DNA from: Naegleria gruberi
Lineage: Eukaryota
Strand: one strand, 5' to 3'
Length of the DNA: 64,000 nt
Assembly (NCBI GenBank): GCA_000004985.1
Contig: GG738894.1
In this document: positions 12,404-22,762 of the stretch, one piece after another
Position numbering within the stretch: position 1 is the stretch's first letter
How the letters are laid out: each line of letters starts with the position of its first letter
Notes under the pieces: model-generated
Told to the model about the DNA's origin: nothing
The model's database searches: none
The model's input: only the letters and a program-made list of their open reading frames with translations
Position numbers and translations under genes: made by a program

Positions 12404-13600
12404 ATGATGATGATAAGTTTTGGAGTGATGATCATGTTGTTAATGTCATTATTGAATAGTACGAGTTTTGTGAATGCTGCTGAAGTGCCATTATTATTGG
12501 GAAGTGGATCTTCACTTGTTGAAGAATTTCATAAAGAAGCAGCAAATTATTTTATTGGATACATGAGAAGAAGTGTCGATGTAATGTATGATGCCTCTGG
12601 ATCGGGGACTGGTGTGAAAAATTTATTTAATTCGAATGGAGTTTATTCATTTGCAGCAACTGATTATGGATTAAAGGCAGCTGACAGAAAAATTAATACA
12701 GATGCAAAAGTGTTGCCAATCATGACAACATATATTTCAATAATTGTATGTAGGATAGCGAAAGAAATTAATATTGAACATAATTAGAGTAATATTGAAG
12801 GATTGAAGGGTGGTTATTCAATTACCTTTTCCCAGGAGGCGCTTGTAGGAATATTTAATGGAACCATTTCCAGATGGAATGACCAAACATTGCAATTGTT
12901 GAATCCATCACTTGCACTCCCAAATACATCAATTTATGTGGTTGTTAGAAATGATTCAAGTGGCACTACTGACATGCTCACTACTGGATTATCATCATTT
13001 TCAAAGGAGTGGGCTTCAACATATGGATCGGGAACTTTAATCAAATGGTCATCCCTCTTATCGAACAGAATAATCTATGCAGAGGATGCCAAAGATGTTT
13101 CTTTCATCATTACTAGCACACCAAACACTATTGGGTACTCTACACCTACTACTTTTGAGCAGCATGCTCCAGCAACTATCAAAACAAAATTAGGAGCTTC
13201 TGTCACTCCCTCATCGAGCTATCTAAAAGGTGTAATAACAAGTGGAATATCATTTAATGAGAATTTTATGCATCCTTCTGTGGTTATAGATAGGCCAGAT
13301 ATTTACCCATTCGTTGGTGTTTCTTATATTGTCTATTTGTCATCCACAATGAATGATTGTGTAAAGGCTACTTATTTGGGCAAGCTTTTGGAATATTATA
13401 CTTCAGATAGAGCTACCAAGATTATTGAGGATGCCGCCTTTTCTTCACTCTTCATTGATGCATCTGTAAAGGAAAGATATATGGGATATTTGAAAAATTT
13501 CACATGTAATGGTAAACCTGTACTGAGTTCCAGTTCCATCACTCAATATTCGATAGCACTTTTAATTTTATTGATTATTCAATTATTATGTATTTTATAA
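12404..13600 (+). CDS. Secreted PstS/DING-like phosphate-binding protein (type II periplasmic-binding-protein fold). Two exons with a 42-nt phase-0 intron at ~12746..12787.
   Basis: Signal peptide MMMISFGVMIMLLMSLLNSTSFVNA. PstS motifs DASGSGTG and …GTISRWNDQTLQLLNP…IYVVVRNDSSGTTDMLT. Removing GTATGT…TTAG takes out the stop and restores …VLPIMTTYISII-SNIEGLKGGYSITFSQEALVGIFNGTISRWND. C-terminal hydrophobic tail (SIALLILLIIQLLCIL), which looks like a GPI signal. Confidence 0.7.
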
Positions 13601-13610
13601 GTTATATATT

Positions 13611-14759
13611 TTACAAAACCAAAGCAAATAATGCAACGATAACCATAATTAAGGAAACAAGATGCATACTCAATACATTTGCGCTATTAACTCTTGTATC
13701 GAAAGTGGTATATGTTTGTACATAATCCAAATAACTTGTAACATTTGTATAGATACCTCTATTTGAAACCGATCCTGCAGTTCCACATCCGTTAGGTCCA
13801 AAACTAACAATACCAAAAACAATATAATCATTTGTAGAATTAGGAGCTTTGTAAAATAATGGCCCTCCAGAATCACCTTGACAGCTAGTTATCATTAATT
13901 AATTATTGGAATTAATATTTTCAACTTAAATAATGAGGAATAAATACACCTACCTGTCATGTCCTTTTCCATCGCCAGCACAGATTTGTTTTGGTGATGA
14001 AGCATCCAAGTTAATAGCATTACATTTACTCATATCAACCACAGGTACAGTAACTTTCATCAAATCTGTTGGAAGTGGTTGAGTATCAACAGTTGTTCCC
14101 CATCCAGCAACAATAGATGAGAAACCAATAGGAATTGATCCAATTTCCAAATAGGCAGCCTTAGCTGTTTTACCGTCCAATGTCATTGCTGATTCCAATT
14201 CAAGAATAGCTATATCATTTACAACATTATTATTTGAATCACTATATTGAGGATGGACATGAATGTTCTTTATCTTAATATATTTACGTTGTACATCACT
14301 CACAGAATTTCCACCATATACAGCAATCCAAGGTAATGTATCAGGGGGACTGAAACAATGGGCAGCTGAGAGTAAATATTTGGAATTTATAATTGAAGCT
14401 CCACAAGTGTGACTGTAGCTTTTGGCGCTGATATCATCAGCCTGTTGGAGTGAGACAATGAATGGAAATTCGTTGGTGCTTGCCTTTTCACCATTGGACA
14501 CTTTAGAATCTCTCACTTTAAGTTGTTGAGCAGTTGATAATTTAGATATTAAGGCAACAATACTCAACAGAAGGAGGGCAAGAGTCCTCTTCCTTCCACT
14601 GTTACTACTTCCTCCGATCAACATTGTGTGAATTTTTATTGTTGTTGAAATAATTAAATTGGAAGTGTGAAGGACAAAACCAATCCAAAGATTACTGTGG
14701 AAGAGGAAATAGAGCGTTCTTTTAGGAGATAATTTGATCATTCTTTTATTATATTTCAC
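13611..14759 (-). CDS. Trypsin-like (S1) serine protease. Two exons with an intron at ~13885..13953. The start is probably the internal Met at ~14624.
   Basis: LSAAHC (His), DIAIL (Asp), GDSGGP (Ser) and C-terminal [10 protein letters not shown]. Exon 1 …[10 protein letters not shown] joins [11 protein letters not shown] through GTAGGT…CTAG. Signal peptide MLIGGSS…[19 protein letters not shown]-terminal hydrophobic tail ([16 protein letters not shown]). Confidence 0.75.
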
Positions 14760-14793
14760 AACTATATTGAAGGAACATCATGTGATGACCCAC

Positions 14794-17100
14794 TTAAAAG
14801 TCATATAATTCATTTTCCTTTTGAAGTTCTGTGAGTTTGAGCCACTTTTTGTACTCTGCTGTTTCCTCAAGTCTAGAAAAGGTATCAGATACATTCTTAA
14901 TGACTTCAAAGATGAGGATTTCTCTCAATTCAGAGTAAGGGATTGAGTTTGCAGTTGGTGTTTGCTCACAAACTTGTTTCTTCTCTTCAAACCATTTGTA
15001 AAATGCCTTTTTAGTAGAGTTTGGAAAATTGACCTCAAACTTGGAATAATTTCTCATATAGAGCTCTTCAATTTGGGCAGCCTGTTCGAAAGTTAAGAAT
15101 GAATCTGCAGAATTGACGAGGGAACTTGAACTAAATGTTCGTGAGGTTCTTGAATTGGATGTAGGCAATGAGTCAGTAGATGCTCCCATACTTGATTTCG
15201 ATCTATCATTACCTGAAGATGGGCTTTTCTTATTCTCCAATGATATTAACATTTCATATAACATTACATTTTCAATTGAAAATTCCTTCTTTGCAAACTT
15301 TCTCAATAATTTCATCAAATTCACATCTTCCAATCTGGATTCCAATGTTCTCTTTCCTTTTGGTTCATTGCCTCTGTTTGAAGAAAGTAATTTACTTATT
15401 TTTCTATAAATTTCAATAATCATTGCACTTCCACCAAGAATTAAATAACAAGTCAATGAAAATAGAACTGTCAATACTCCAATGGCAAATTGATTATTAT
15501 ACACTAACAGGGTGATAATTGTGAGTACGAGGAGTAAAAATATGAGTAACAAGTCTATCTTGATATAGAACGGATCATCAAAGAAAAAGTAGTAGTATAT
15601 TCCTTTCTTTTTGATCTTTCTTCGATTTCCAATCATATCCAATAGCAAGAATATTAAACCAATTACAATACATAGAATAATGACAGCACCAAGAGGTGCA
15701 TTTCTGAAATATCCCAAATAGGAAGTAAGGTAAACTTCTTTTTCTAGTATCATGAGAACCGAAGCTCCAAGAGGAATAAAAGGTACTGTTACACTTGTAA
15801 CTAATCCTAACCACTTCTTTCCCAAAAACTTGAAAAATTTGAAATGATCAGATTTTGAAATTATTGTAAACAAATTTCTCAGATAGAAATATCTCACAAC
15901 TGTTATAAAATACAGGAATACAGGATACATTACAACTGCATTGGCTATTCCATTATACAATCGAGTGCAATTGGCAGTAAATACCATAATCTGGAAAATG
16001 TTTCGCATAATAACAAAGAGTGGGCAAAGGTATGGAACAGCCAATCTAATTTTGATGGATTTAGTATTAAATGTCAATAACAGACCAATATAGTAGATAC
16101 ATAGAAAAAAAATTGCATAAACACCTTGGATTTCTTCATATTTAACAGGTTCAAAGGCACAGGTGGAGGATGAACATTCATATACTTCACTGTTCATGTA
16201 AGAAAGGGTGATATTGGAGATTCCAATACTTGAAATTGTTTCGTTTGTATACAATGTGATTTGAGGGTAACTGCTTTGAAGATATTTCACAAAATTATTA
16301 AATTCGAAACTAGAATTTGATAGAGAAATTTTTGATGACCTAAACAGACAATAATCGTGATTCAAATAACATGAAGTACGGTAAGAATCCCCTTTCACTT
16401 CTTCTCTGCACAATCTAATTAATGAATCACATGTTGTAGTGAAGTTGTTAAAATAATCAGTGACACATGAGATTTGGTTTTGATCTAGACTGTTGGAATA
16501 TGAAAAGAACAATGGTGCCAATCTCACAACATTTAAATCTTCAACCTGTAGGTATCTACCTAGCTTGTTATTTCCTCTAATCAACCTCAAAACCTTTGGC
16601 ATTTCTCTGTCAGTTGTTATGATAATTGGACCTTCATTTGATGACCAATAATCAACAAGAATACTTCCAAACACGCAATCAGAGTTGATTCTAACAGCTG
16701 AAAGAATGGAAATAGGTTTGATATCAGCATATGCAGAAGTTGAAATATTATAAATTTCTAATAATGTGTTAAAGGAACTTTCTAATATTTTCAATCGTTG
16801 GTCGGAAACTGAGTAAAAATCAGAATTTGGAGTAAATAGAATGATTCTCTTGTTTTCAAATAGTGATCTTGGTGTAGTAGTTGAATAACCTTTAAGAGCT
16901 ATTGCAATAATAGTTTCATTGGACGAAACTATCTGAATTGGTTGTTGACCATAAATTTCCTTCAATTGACCAATACTCGCTGTCTTTAACCCACAACTAC
17001 AAATCACACAGTGTAGTTGAACTAAACACAACACCAATGAAATCGTAAAGCTGATGTGCATGTTTTTTTGACTTTTCGTTTGGCAAATCTCACATGTCAC
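14794..17100 (-). CDS. Seven-TM protein with a large N-terminal ectodomain and a C-terminal RGS domain (7TM-RGS)
   Basis: Signal peptide, an ectodomain of about 300 aa, seven hydrophobic helices between residues ~330 and 560, then an RGS box (…LLRKFAKKEFSIENVMLYEML…FEQAAQIEELYMRNYSKFEVNF…). Confidence 0.65.
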   Translation of the reverse strand: MTCEICQTKSQKNMHISFTISLVLCLVQLHCVICSCGLKTASIGQLKEIYGQQPIQIVSSNETIIAIALKGYSTTTPRSLFENKRIILFTPNSDFYSVSDQRLKILESSFNTLLEIYNISTSAYADIKPISILSAVRINSDCVFGSILVDYWSSNEGPIIITTDREMPKVLRLIRGNNKLGRYLQVEDLNVVRLAPLFFSYSNSLDQNQISCVTDYFNNFTTTCDSLIRLCREEVKGDSYRTSCYLNHDYCLFRSSKISLSNSSFEFNNFVKYLQSSYPQITLYTNETISSIGISNITLSYMNSEVYECSSSTCAFEPVKYEEIQGVYAIFFLCIYYIGLLLTFNTKSIKIRLAVPYLCPLFVIMRNIFQIMVFTANCTRLYNGIANAVVMYPVFLYFITVVRYFYLRNLFTIISKSDHFKFFKFLGKKWLGLVTSVTVPFIPLGASVLMILEKEVYLTSYLGYFRNAPLGAVIILCIVIGLIFLLLDMIGNRRKIKKKGIYYYFFFDDPFYIKIDLLLIFLLLVLTIITLLVYNNQFAIGVLTVLFSLTCYLILGGSAMIIEIYRKISKLLSSNRGNEPKGKRTLESRLEDVNLMKLLRKFAKKEFSIENVMLYEMLISLENKKSPSSGNDRSKSSMGASTDSLPTSNSRTSRTFSSSSLVNSADSFLTFEQAAQIEELYMRNYSKFEVNFPNSTKKAFYKWFEEKKQVCEQTPTANSIPYSELREILIFEVIKNVSDTFSRLEETAEYKKWLKLTELQKENELYDF

Positions 17101-17371
17101 GTTTCATTGGTAAACATCTTTAAAGGAAACTTTGGTTAAGCTCATGCGTTCATTGCAATTAAATCTCAAGTAAACGGTTCTAGAATCGAGTTGCAAGAAT
17201 ATTCATTTCAAGAAATGAGAAGATTTTAATCTATCCATTGAATGGATGGTTTTATGCCTTCTGCATACGAAGGAATAGGAAGTGATTTTGAACTTGCAAT
17301 TGTTCTCGAATTTTATTCTAAACAATTTCCTGAAACATTCATCAATAGTGTGTTTTCTAAATGAATGTAAT

Positions 17372-17420
17372 GGGGTGTAGCTCACATGGTAGAGCACTTC
17401 TTTAGCATGGAATCCACACA
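17372..17420 (+). pseudogene. Degenerate tRNA-Ala(AGC) fragment, 5' two-thirds only
   Basis: GGGGTGTAGCTCACATGGTAGAGCA matches the tRNA-Ala acceptor and D-arm (with the G3:U70-compatible 5' end). A weak anticodon arm with TTAGCAT loop (anticodon AGC) follows. There is no T-arm or 3' acceptor strand. Confidence 0.35.
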
Positions 17421-17468
17421 TGAGCCAAAGTCGGAAGAAAAAGAGTAAAAAACACTAATTTAAAAAAA

Positions 17469-18320
17469 ATGAGTAAACTTAACAGACAAGATTTTGAAAA
17501 TCATCAATTCATTAATTCGGAGGAAATATTCACTAACAATAATAATAATAATAATATAGAAGAGAAAGTAAAAAAGCATGTAAAACTCGAACAAGAAATA
17601 TTTTCAGATGATATTTGTTTTGAAATAATTTCAATGATTGATGATTCGTGGTTTATTTTAAATAATTGTACTTTAATTTCAAAACAATTCTTTAATGTGA
17701 TCAAGGAACGTTCAAAACTTGTTATTCAATTTAAAAAAAAATTTACAGAGAAACGAGTTGAAATATTAAAGAAAAGTCAATTTATGAATAGTATTGTTAA
17801 TCTTAAATTTTCAACAAATTTGTTTGACTATTTTGAAGAAGCAAAATTTATAAGTGAAATGAAAGAATTAACATCGCTTAATATTAATGGCAATGTAATT
17901 GGTGCAGAAGGAGCAAAATTCATCAGTGGAATGAAACAATTGACATCACTTAATATTTCTTACAATGTAATTGGTGATAAAGGAGCTAAATTGATAAGTG
18001 AAATGAAACAGTTAATATCAATTAATATTTCTTACAATAGAATTTGTGGTGAAGGAGCTAAATTCATAAGTGAAATGAAACAATTGACATCACTTAATAT
18101 TGCTAACAATTCAATTGGCGATACAGGAGCTAAATTCATCAGTGGAATGAAAGAATTAACATCACTTGATATATATAATAATAGAATTGGCAGAGAAGGA
18201 GCAAAATACATTAGTGAAATGAAACAATTGACATCACTTGATATTGGTGGCAATCAAATTGGTGATGAAGAAGTAAAATTGATAAGTGAAATGAAACAAT
18301 TGACATCACTAAGAAAATAA
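17469..18320 (+). CDS. F-box-like plus leucine-rich-repeat (RNI-type) protein
   Basis: N-terminal F-box-like FSDDICFEIISMIDDSWFILNNC. At least eight 24-aa repeats ISEMKQLTSLNISYNVIGDKGAKF (LxxLxLxxNxIGxxGAK). Confidence 0.6.
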   Translation: MSKLNRQDFENHQFINSEEIFTNNNNNNNIEEKVKKHVKLEQEIFSDDICFEIISMIDDSWFILNNCTLISKQFFNVIKERSKLVIQFKKKFTEKRVEILKKSQFMNSIVNLKFSTNLFDYFEEAKFISEMKELTSLNINGNVIGAEGAKFISGMKQLTSLNISYNVIGDKGAKLISEMKQLISINISYNRICGEGAKFISEMKQLTSLNIANNSIGDTGAKFISGMKELTSLDIYNNRIGREGAKYISEMKQLTSLDIGGNQIGDEEVKLISEMKQLTSLRK

Positions 18321-18371
18321 GCTATTGAAAGATTGGAGAAAAAGGTAATTTATTACTAAATGTTAAAACTC

Positions 18372-20936
18372 TTATTGTTTAGGCATTGTATCACAGTAAT
18401 CTGTGTAGAGTGGGATATCTTCCTTAAGACCCTTTCTCTTTCTGATAGATTTGATGAGTTTGTGAACTTTAGATTGAGGATCATAAACATTGTCTTCCAT
18501 AACTTTCCAGTGACTGAAACTACATTGAGGGAAAGCTTGTCCTTGAGTAACACCTCTCAACTCTTCTGTTAAACCGAAACTTTCCAACACAGGTAAATTA
18601 CCAGTTATACTAACGAGAGGAGTACCAATTACCATTTCAGTAGATTTGATAACACCTCTTCTATTAGAAATGACACTATAGACAGAACCCATCACTGATT
18701 GAGGACATTGAACTTCAACAAGATACATTGGTTCAACTAACTTTGGATCAGCTCTCAATTGACTAGCAGTCATGACACGAGATGTTGCTTGGAGAATTTG
18801 ACCAGCTCCACGATGGATAGAATCTGCATGAAGATTACAATCATTAAATTTGAATAAAACACCTCTCATTGCTTCGTCACATAAACCTCCTGAAGAACTG
18901 CTTTGTTGGAAGCTAGTGACCACATATTGTTGAATTTCATTAATATAGTCAACTGACTTGGTTGCATTTACCAAAATGTTACTACCCTTATCAGCTTCAG
19001 GTCCAAAACTCCAAATTCTCTTTGTTATACTAGGATCCCATTCAAAGTCAATTTCTAAAATCTTTGCTCTCTTATTTTGATCATCCATTGGCAATTGACC
19101 TTCCTTAATCATTTCAATTAATTCCTCACTGATTGGTTCAGCTTGCATGTATAAACGATTGTGGCCGTTAGCACTTCTTGCCATGACCATGTCACCATTC
19201 TTATTTGAAACTGTTTCGTGGAAAGTGACAACAGGAGGAGACTTTTTAATTTGAATTCCTCTTGCATATTCTTCTTCTAAATTCTTTAAACAAATTTCCA
19301 AATGCAATTCACCTGCTGTTCCAAGAATATGTTGACCACTATCATTTTGCTTACATTCCAATAGAGGATCACTTTGAACGAGACGTTTCAAACCTTCAAC
19401 AAATCGAGATAAATCAGCTGGATTGACTGGCTCAACTCCCATTTGAACTACAGGACTCACAGAGTATTTCATATTCTTAATTGGCATACATGCAACTTGT
19501 CCTTCTTCTGTCAATGTACATGATTTGATAATGTACTTGTCAAGACCAACAATACCGACGATGGCACCACAAGAAGCTTGAGTGATACTTTCAGTGTTTT
19601 TACCAACCATGACTAACAATCTTTGAATGCTTGTATGGAAAACATCTTTCTTAGCAATTGGATCATAGTTAGGACCCAAAATTCTCACCTTAGTTGATTG
19701 AGTCAAACTACCAGAGAATATACGAGCTAGAGCAATAAAACGACCAACATTATTACTCATACTAGAGCTAGTATTAGAGTGCATAGGTACCATCTTACTG
19801 ACATAGACAACCAGTGGTGCATTTGGATCACATTCCTTAATACCAGTAGCGTATGGATCTGTCAAATCTTCACCAGTGTAGAGGTTATCATACCTGACCT
19901 TTTGAGCCTCTTTAGGAGAAGGTAAATGGTTGATAATCATTTGAACTAGAGGTTTGTGAGCTGGGAGGAACTTTCTCATGATTGATTTAGCTAAAAGTTT
20001 CGGCTCCTTTCTCTTTTCTTCTTTCGTCAGAGGTATAGACAATGCACCAATGATATTTTCCAAATCTGTTGACAAAATACCTTCACTCGAAATTGTATGT
20101 TCTCTAACCAACTTGAAAATCTTGAAAATAGGTTCTAAAATGAATTCACAGAAAGTATGTTTCAATTGTTGACCACTTGTCGATGAATAAGGTTCAGTGG
20201 TAAACTTCTTAGTTGAGTGATCATAATAATTTTCACCCCACAATTTGTTAATAACCTTCTCAACTGGAAGTTTAAACTTCTTGCTATATAATTGAGCGAA
20301 TTGCTCCAAAGTGAAAGCCCAACCCATCTTACCTGATCCAAAAGCAATGTTACAATCAACTGGATCAACAGAAACTGACTCATCAGAGTAAGTTGATAAT
20401 AGAGCATTCACAGACTCGATAATTCTTAAAAAGTTTTGATAACTTTCTTCTTCAGTAAATTGCATTTCTTCAATCAAACGGTCAACCTTGTTAATGAAGA
20501 GAACTGGACGAATTCTTTCTTGAAGAGATTGTCTAATTACTGTTTCAGTTTGACCTCTACAACCTTCAGCAGCATCAACAATCAGCACTGCACCATCAGT
20601 AATTCTCAAAGCTGTACTAACTTCAGATGAGAAATCAATGTGACCTGGACAATCGATCAAATTAACCAAATGATGATCATTCTCCTTGTCTGGATTTTCC
20701 AATACCATACTCAAACTTGTTGATTTAATGGTAATACCCTTTTCAATTTCATTCTTATCTACGTCACAAACTCTCTTCTCACCTGCAGCATCTTCATCCA
20801 CTAAACCAGCTGCTAAAGCCAATTGATCAGTGAGTGTTGATTTACCATGATCAACGTGAGCAATTATACTAATGTTACGAATCTTGTTACTGTCGAGTAA
20901 GAGCCTTTCGAGTATTTCTTTACTGAACTTGACCAT
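18372..20936 (-). CDS. eEF2: Elongation factor 2 (eEF2)
   Basis: 854 aa. G1 AHVDHGKST, G3 DCPGHIDF, G4 NKVDR. The diphthamide-loop sequence is HADSIHRGAGQI. Full collinearity with the EF2 family. Confidence 0.9.
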   Translation of the reverse strand: MVKFSKEILERLLLDSNKIRNISIIAHVDHGKSTLTDQLALAAGLVDEDAAGEKRVCDVDKNEIEKGITIKSTSLSMVLENPDKENDHHLVNLIDCPGHIDFSSEVSTALRITDGAVLIVDAAEGCRGQTETVIRQSLQERIRPVLFINKVDRLIEEMQFTEEESYQNFLRIIESVNALLSTYSDESVSVDPVDCNIAFGSGKMGWAFTLEQFAQLYSKKFKLPVEKVINKLWGENYYDHSTKKFTTEPYSSTSGQQLKHTFCEFILEPIFKIFKLVREHTISSEGILSTDLENIIGALSIPLTKEEKRKEPKLLAKSIMRKFLPAHKPLVQMIINHLPSPKEAQKVRYDNLYTGEDLTDPYATGIKECDPNAPLVVYVSKMVPMHSNTSSSMSNNVGRFIALARIFSGSLTQSTKVRILGPNYDPIAKKDVFHTSIQRLLVMVGKNTESITQASCGAIVGIVGLDKYIIKSCTLTEEGQVACMPIKNMKYSVSPVVQMGVEPVNPADLSRFVEGLKRLVQSDPLLECKQNDSGQHILGTAGELHLEICLKNLEEEYARGIQIKKSPPVVTFHETVSNKNGDMVMARSANGHNRLYMQAEPISEELIEMIKEGQLPMDDQNKRAKILEIDFEWDPSITKRIWSFGPEADKGSNILVNATKSVDYINEIQQYVVTSFQQSSSSGGLCDEAMRGVLFKFNDCNLHADSIHRGAGQILQATSRVMTASQLRADPKLVEPMYLVEVQCPQSVMGSVYSVISNRRGVIKSTEMVIGTPLVSITGNLPVLESFGLTEELRGVTQGQAFPQCSFSHWKVMEDNVYDPQSKVHKLIKSIRKRKGLKEDIPLYTDYCDTMPKQ

Positions 20937-21241
20937 ATTGTAATTATTTTAATAATCTCTGTTTGAATATTGAGCTAAAGAATGAGCTGTTAGTCAATTT
21001 GTTGTTTTTTTTAGTTTGTTTGATGGAGTGAGAATACCTGAGAGCTTGTTTAAATAGAGCTAAATTTGCTTGTTTTCAATTTGAACCTCCACAGCTTCAT
21101 ATTCAGACTTCTGTTTGAATTTGAACCTCTGATTCACTTACGAAAATGAACCTCTTCTTCAATTTCAAATATGCACATTCATTTTCATATTATTTTGAAT
21201 AATTTAAAAATAGAGTGTTGGTTCAAATTCAAGTTATTTTC

Positions 21242-21790
21242 TTATTTTACTTCCGAATTCAAGTGAGCAATGTAAGCTTCCACGGCTTTTGGCAATAAAT
21301 CATAACCATTCTCAACACCATGAATAATTGCCTTCTCAACCAAATGACCAAGTAACAACACAGAACAGTGAATTTCTGTTTCCAAAACATGATAACAACT
21401 ATGTTCGTCAATTGGTTCAATATGTTGATGAGTACTGATCTTTAGAATATCGTGATGACTCAGTGGAGGCATAGTATTACTATTCATGGTATAGTTCAAT
21501 AAATGCTTTTCCTGATGATCGACATAGTGAAATTCTTCCTGACCTAACAAGTGCAACAATGCATGGGGAATGTCATAATCTGGAAATACTTTGGCAGTTC
21601 TCTTGACAATATTGACATCTTCACTTGGAAGTGTTTCAGTTTCAACTTTGTTGAATTTGAGCAGAGGAGCTGTGAATTTATCAAAATCATCAGTAAATAT
21701 TATTTTCCAATATTCTTCTCTACTCAGTGGAATGAGTTTCTTGACGGAGTGTTGACCATGATGATGATGATAATGTTGACTGTAGTGATC
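21242..21790 (-). CDS. Hypothetical His-rich protein. The 5' exon and start are unresolved.
   Basis: An open frame on the minus strand (…HYHHHHGQHSVKKLIPLSREEYWKIIFTDDFDKF…DYDIPHALLHLLGQEEFHYVDHQEKHLL…GVENGYDLL…) that has no in-frame ATG near its 5' end. That suggests an upstream exon. No family recognised. Confidence 0.35.
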   Translation of the reverse strand, partial: DHYSQHYHHHHGQHSVKKLIPLSREEYWKIIFTDDFDKFTAPLLKFNKVETETLPSEDVNIVKRTAKVFPDYDIPHALLHLLGQEEFHYVDHQEKHLLNYTMNSNTMPPLSHHDILKISTHQHIEPIDEHSCYHVLETEIHCSVLLLGHLVEKAIIHGVENGYDLLPKAVEAYIAHLNSEVK

Positions 21791-21969
21791 CTGTGATATT
21801 TAAATTATTATTATTGAAAATGGATGTACGTGATTCGGAAGGCAGTAAAAAGGCAGTAAATTTCGGATCTGTTTTGTGGTATTTTTTTGTTGTTAGAATT
21901 GACAAACACTATGGACAATAATGTAGTTGACAAATTTAATGCATTTTCAATAGACTCTAAAAAGGAAAT

Positions 21970-22512
21970 TTGACAAGCCTACCACAATTTCTTGATTCTG
22001 AATTCATCAAACTATTAATTAATTATAACATTGACTATCGTATTATTGAGCACATGCCTGAAGTTGTAAAAGTAACACCCATTACATCTGAATTTGTGAA
22101 GAAATGGCCACAAGCTTTTACTCTATACCCAGAATTTTATTCAGACGATGTACAATTCATTACAGATAGTAATGTTATGGCTATTGCATTTGCTCGTGAA
22201 CCAGTGCAACTGGAACACTTGGATTTAGTCGCTCAGGCAGGATTGACAACATTGCAGAAAAATTATACACAAAACTACTCACTGGTAAAAAGAGAGAGTG
22301 GGTAGTCTTTAGATGTGATTTTAATGTGTGCTGGTTCTCCTTTTGGAGGTCATTTGGCTGATCTTATTCCAGAACAAGTCTTGTTGGACAGGGATTTCTT
22401 AGTCAACCTTGTCAGGAGAAATGGCTTTGCTTACCAAATGATTCGAGAAATGACGATGGAAGAGGATGAAGATGAAGAATTAGCTATGGAAGCTTTGAAA
22501 TCTTGGGGCTGA
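21970..22512 (+). CDS. Hypothetical protein. Two adjacent ORFs, possibly one gene.
   Basis: ORFs 21970..22305 and 22315..22512 are separated by 9 nt in different frames, with an acidic C-terminus. Low-complexity support only. Confidence 0.3.
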
Positions 22513-22762
22513 TTTGAATCTTCATTACTATATCAATATCATGATGCTAAAATAATTTACAAGATTTTCAAGGAATTATTGAATCAACGTTTGAAGGCTT
22601 TTTACAGTGAAGATTTCTTTATTCCCTCAAGATATTCTTCACTTGCTTTTAAGGTTTAACATTGAATAGGTTCAATATTTGAGAGGATTTATTTCCTTAA
22701 TCATTATGACTATAGAATAGTCTAAAGTAAATATTGCACTTTGCCACACCAATTTAAAAAAA

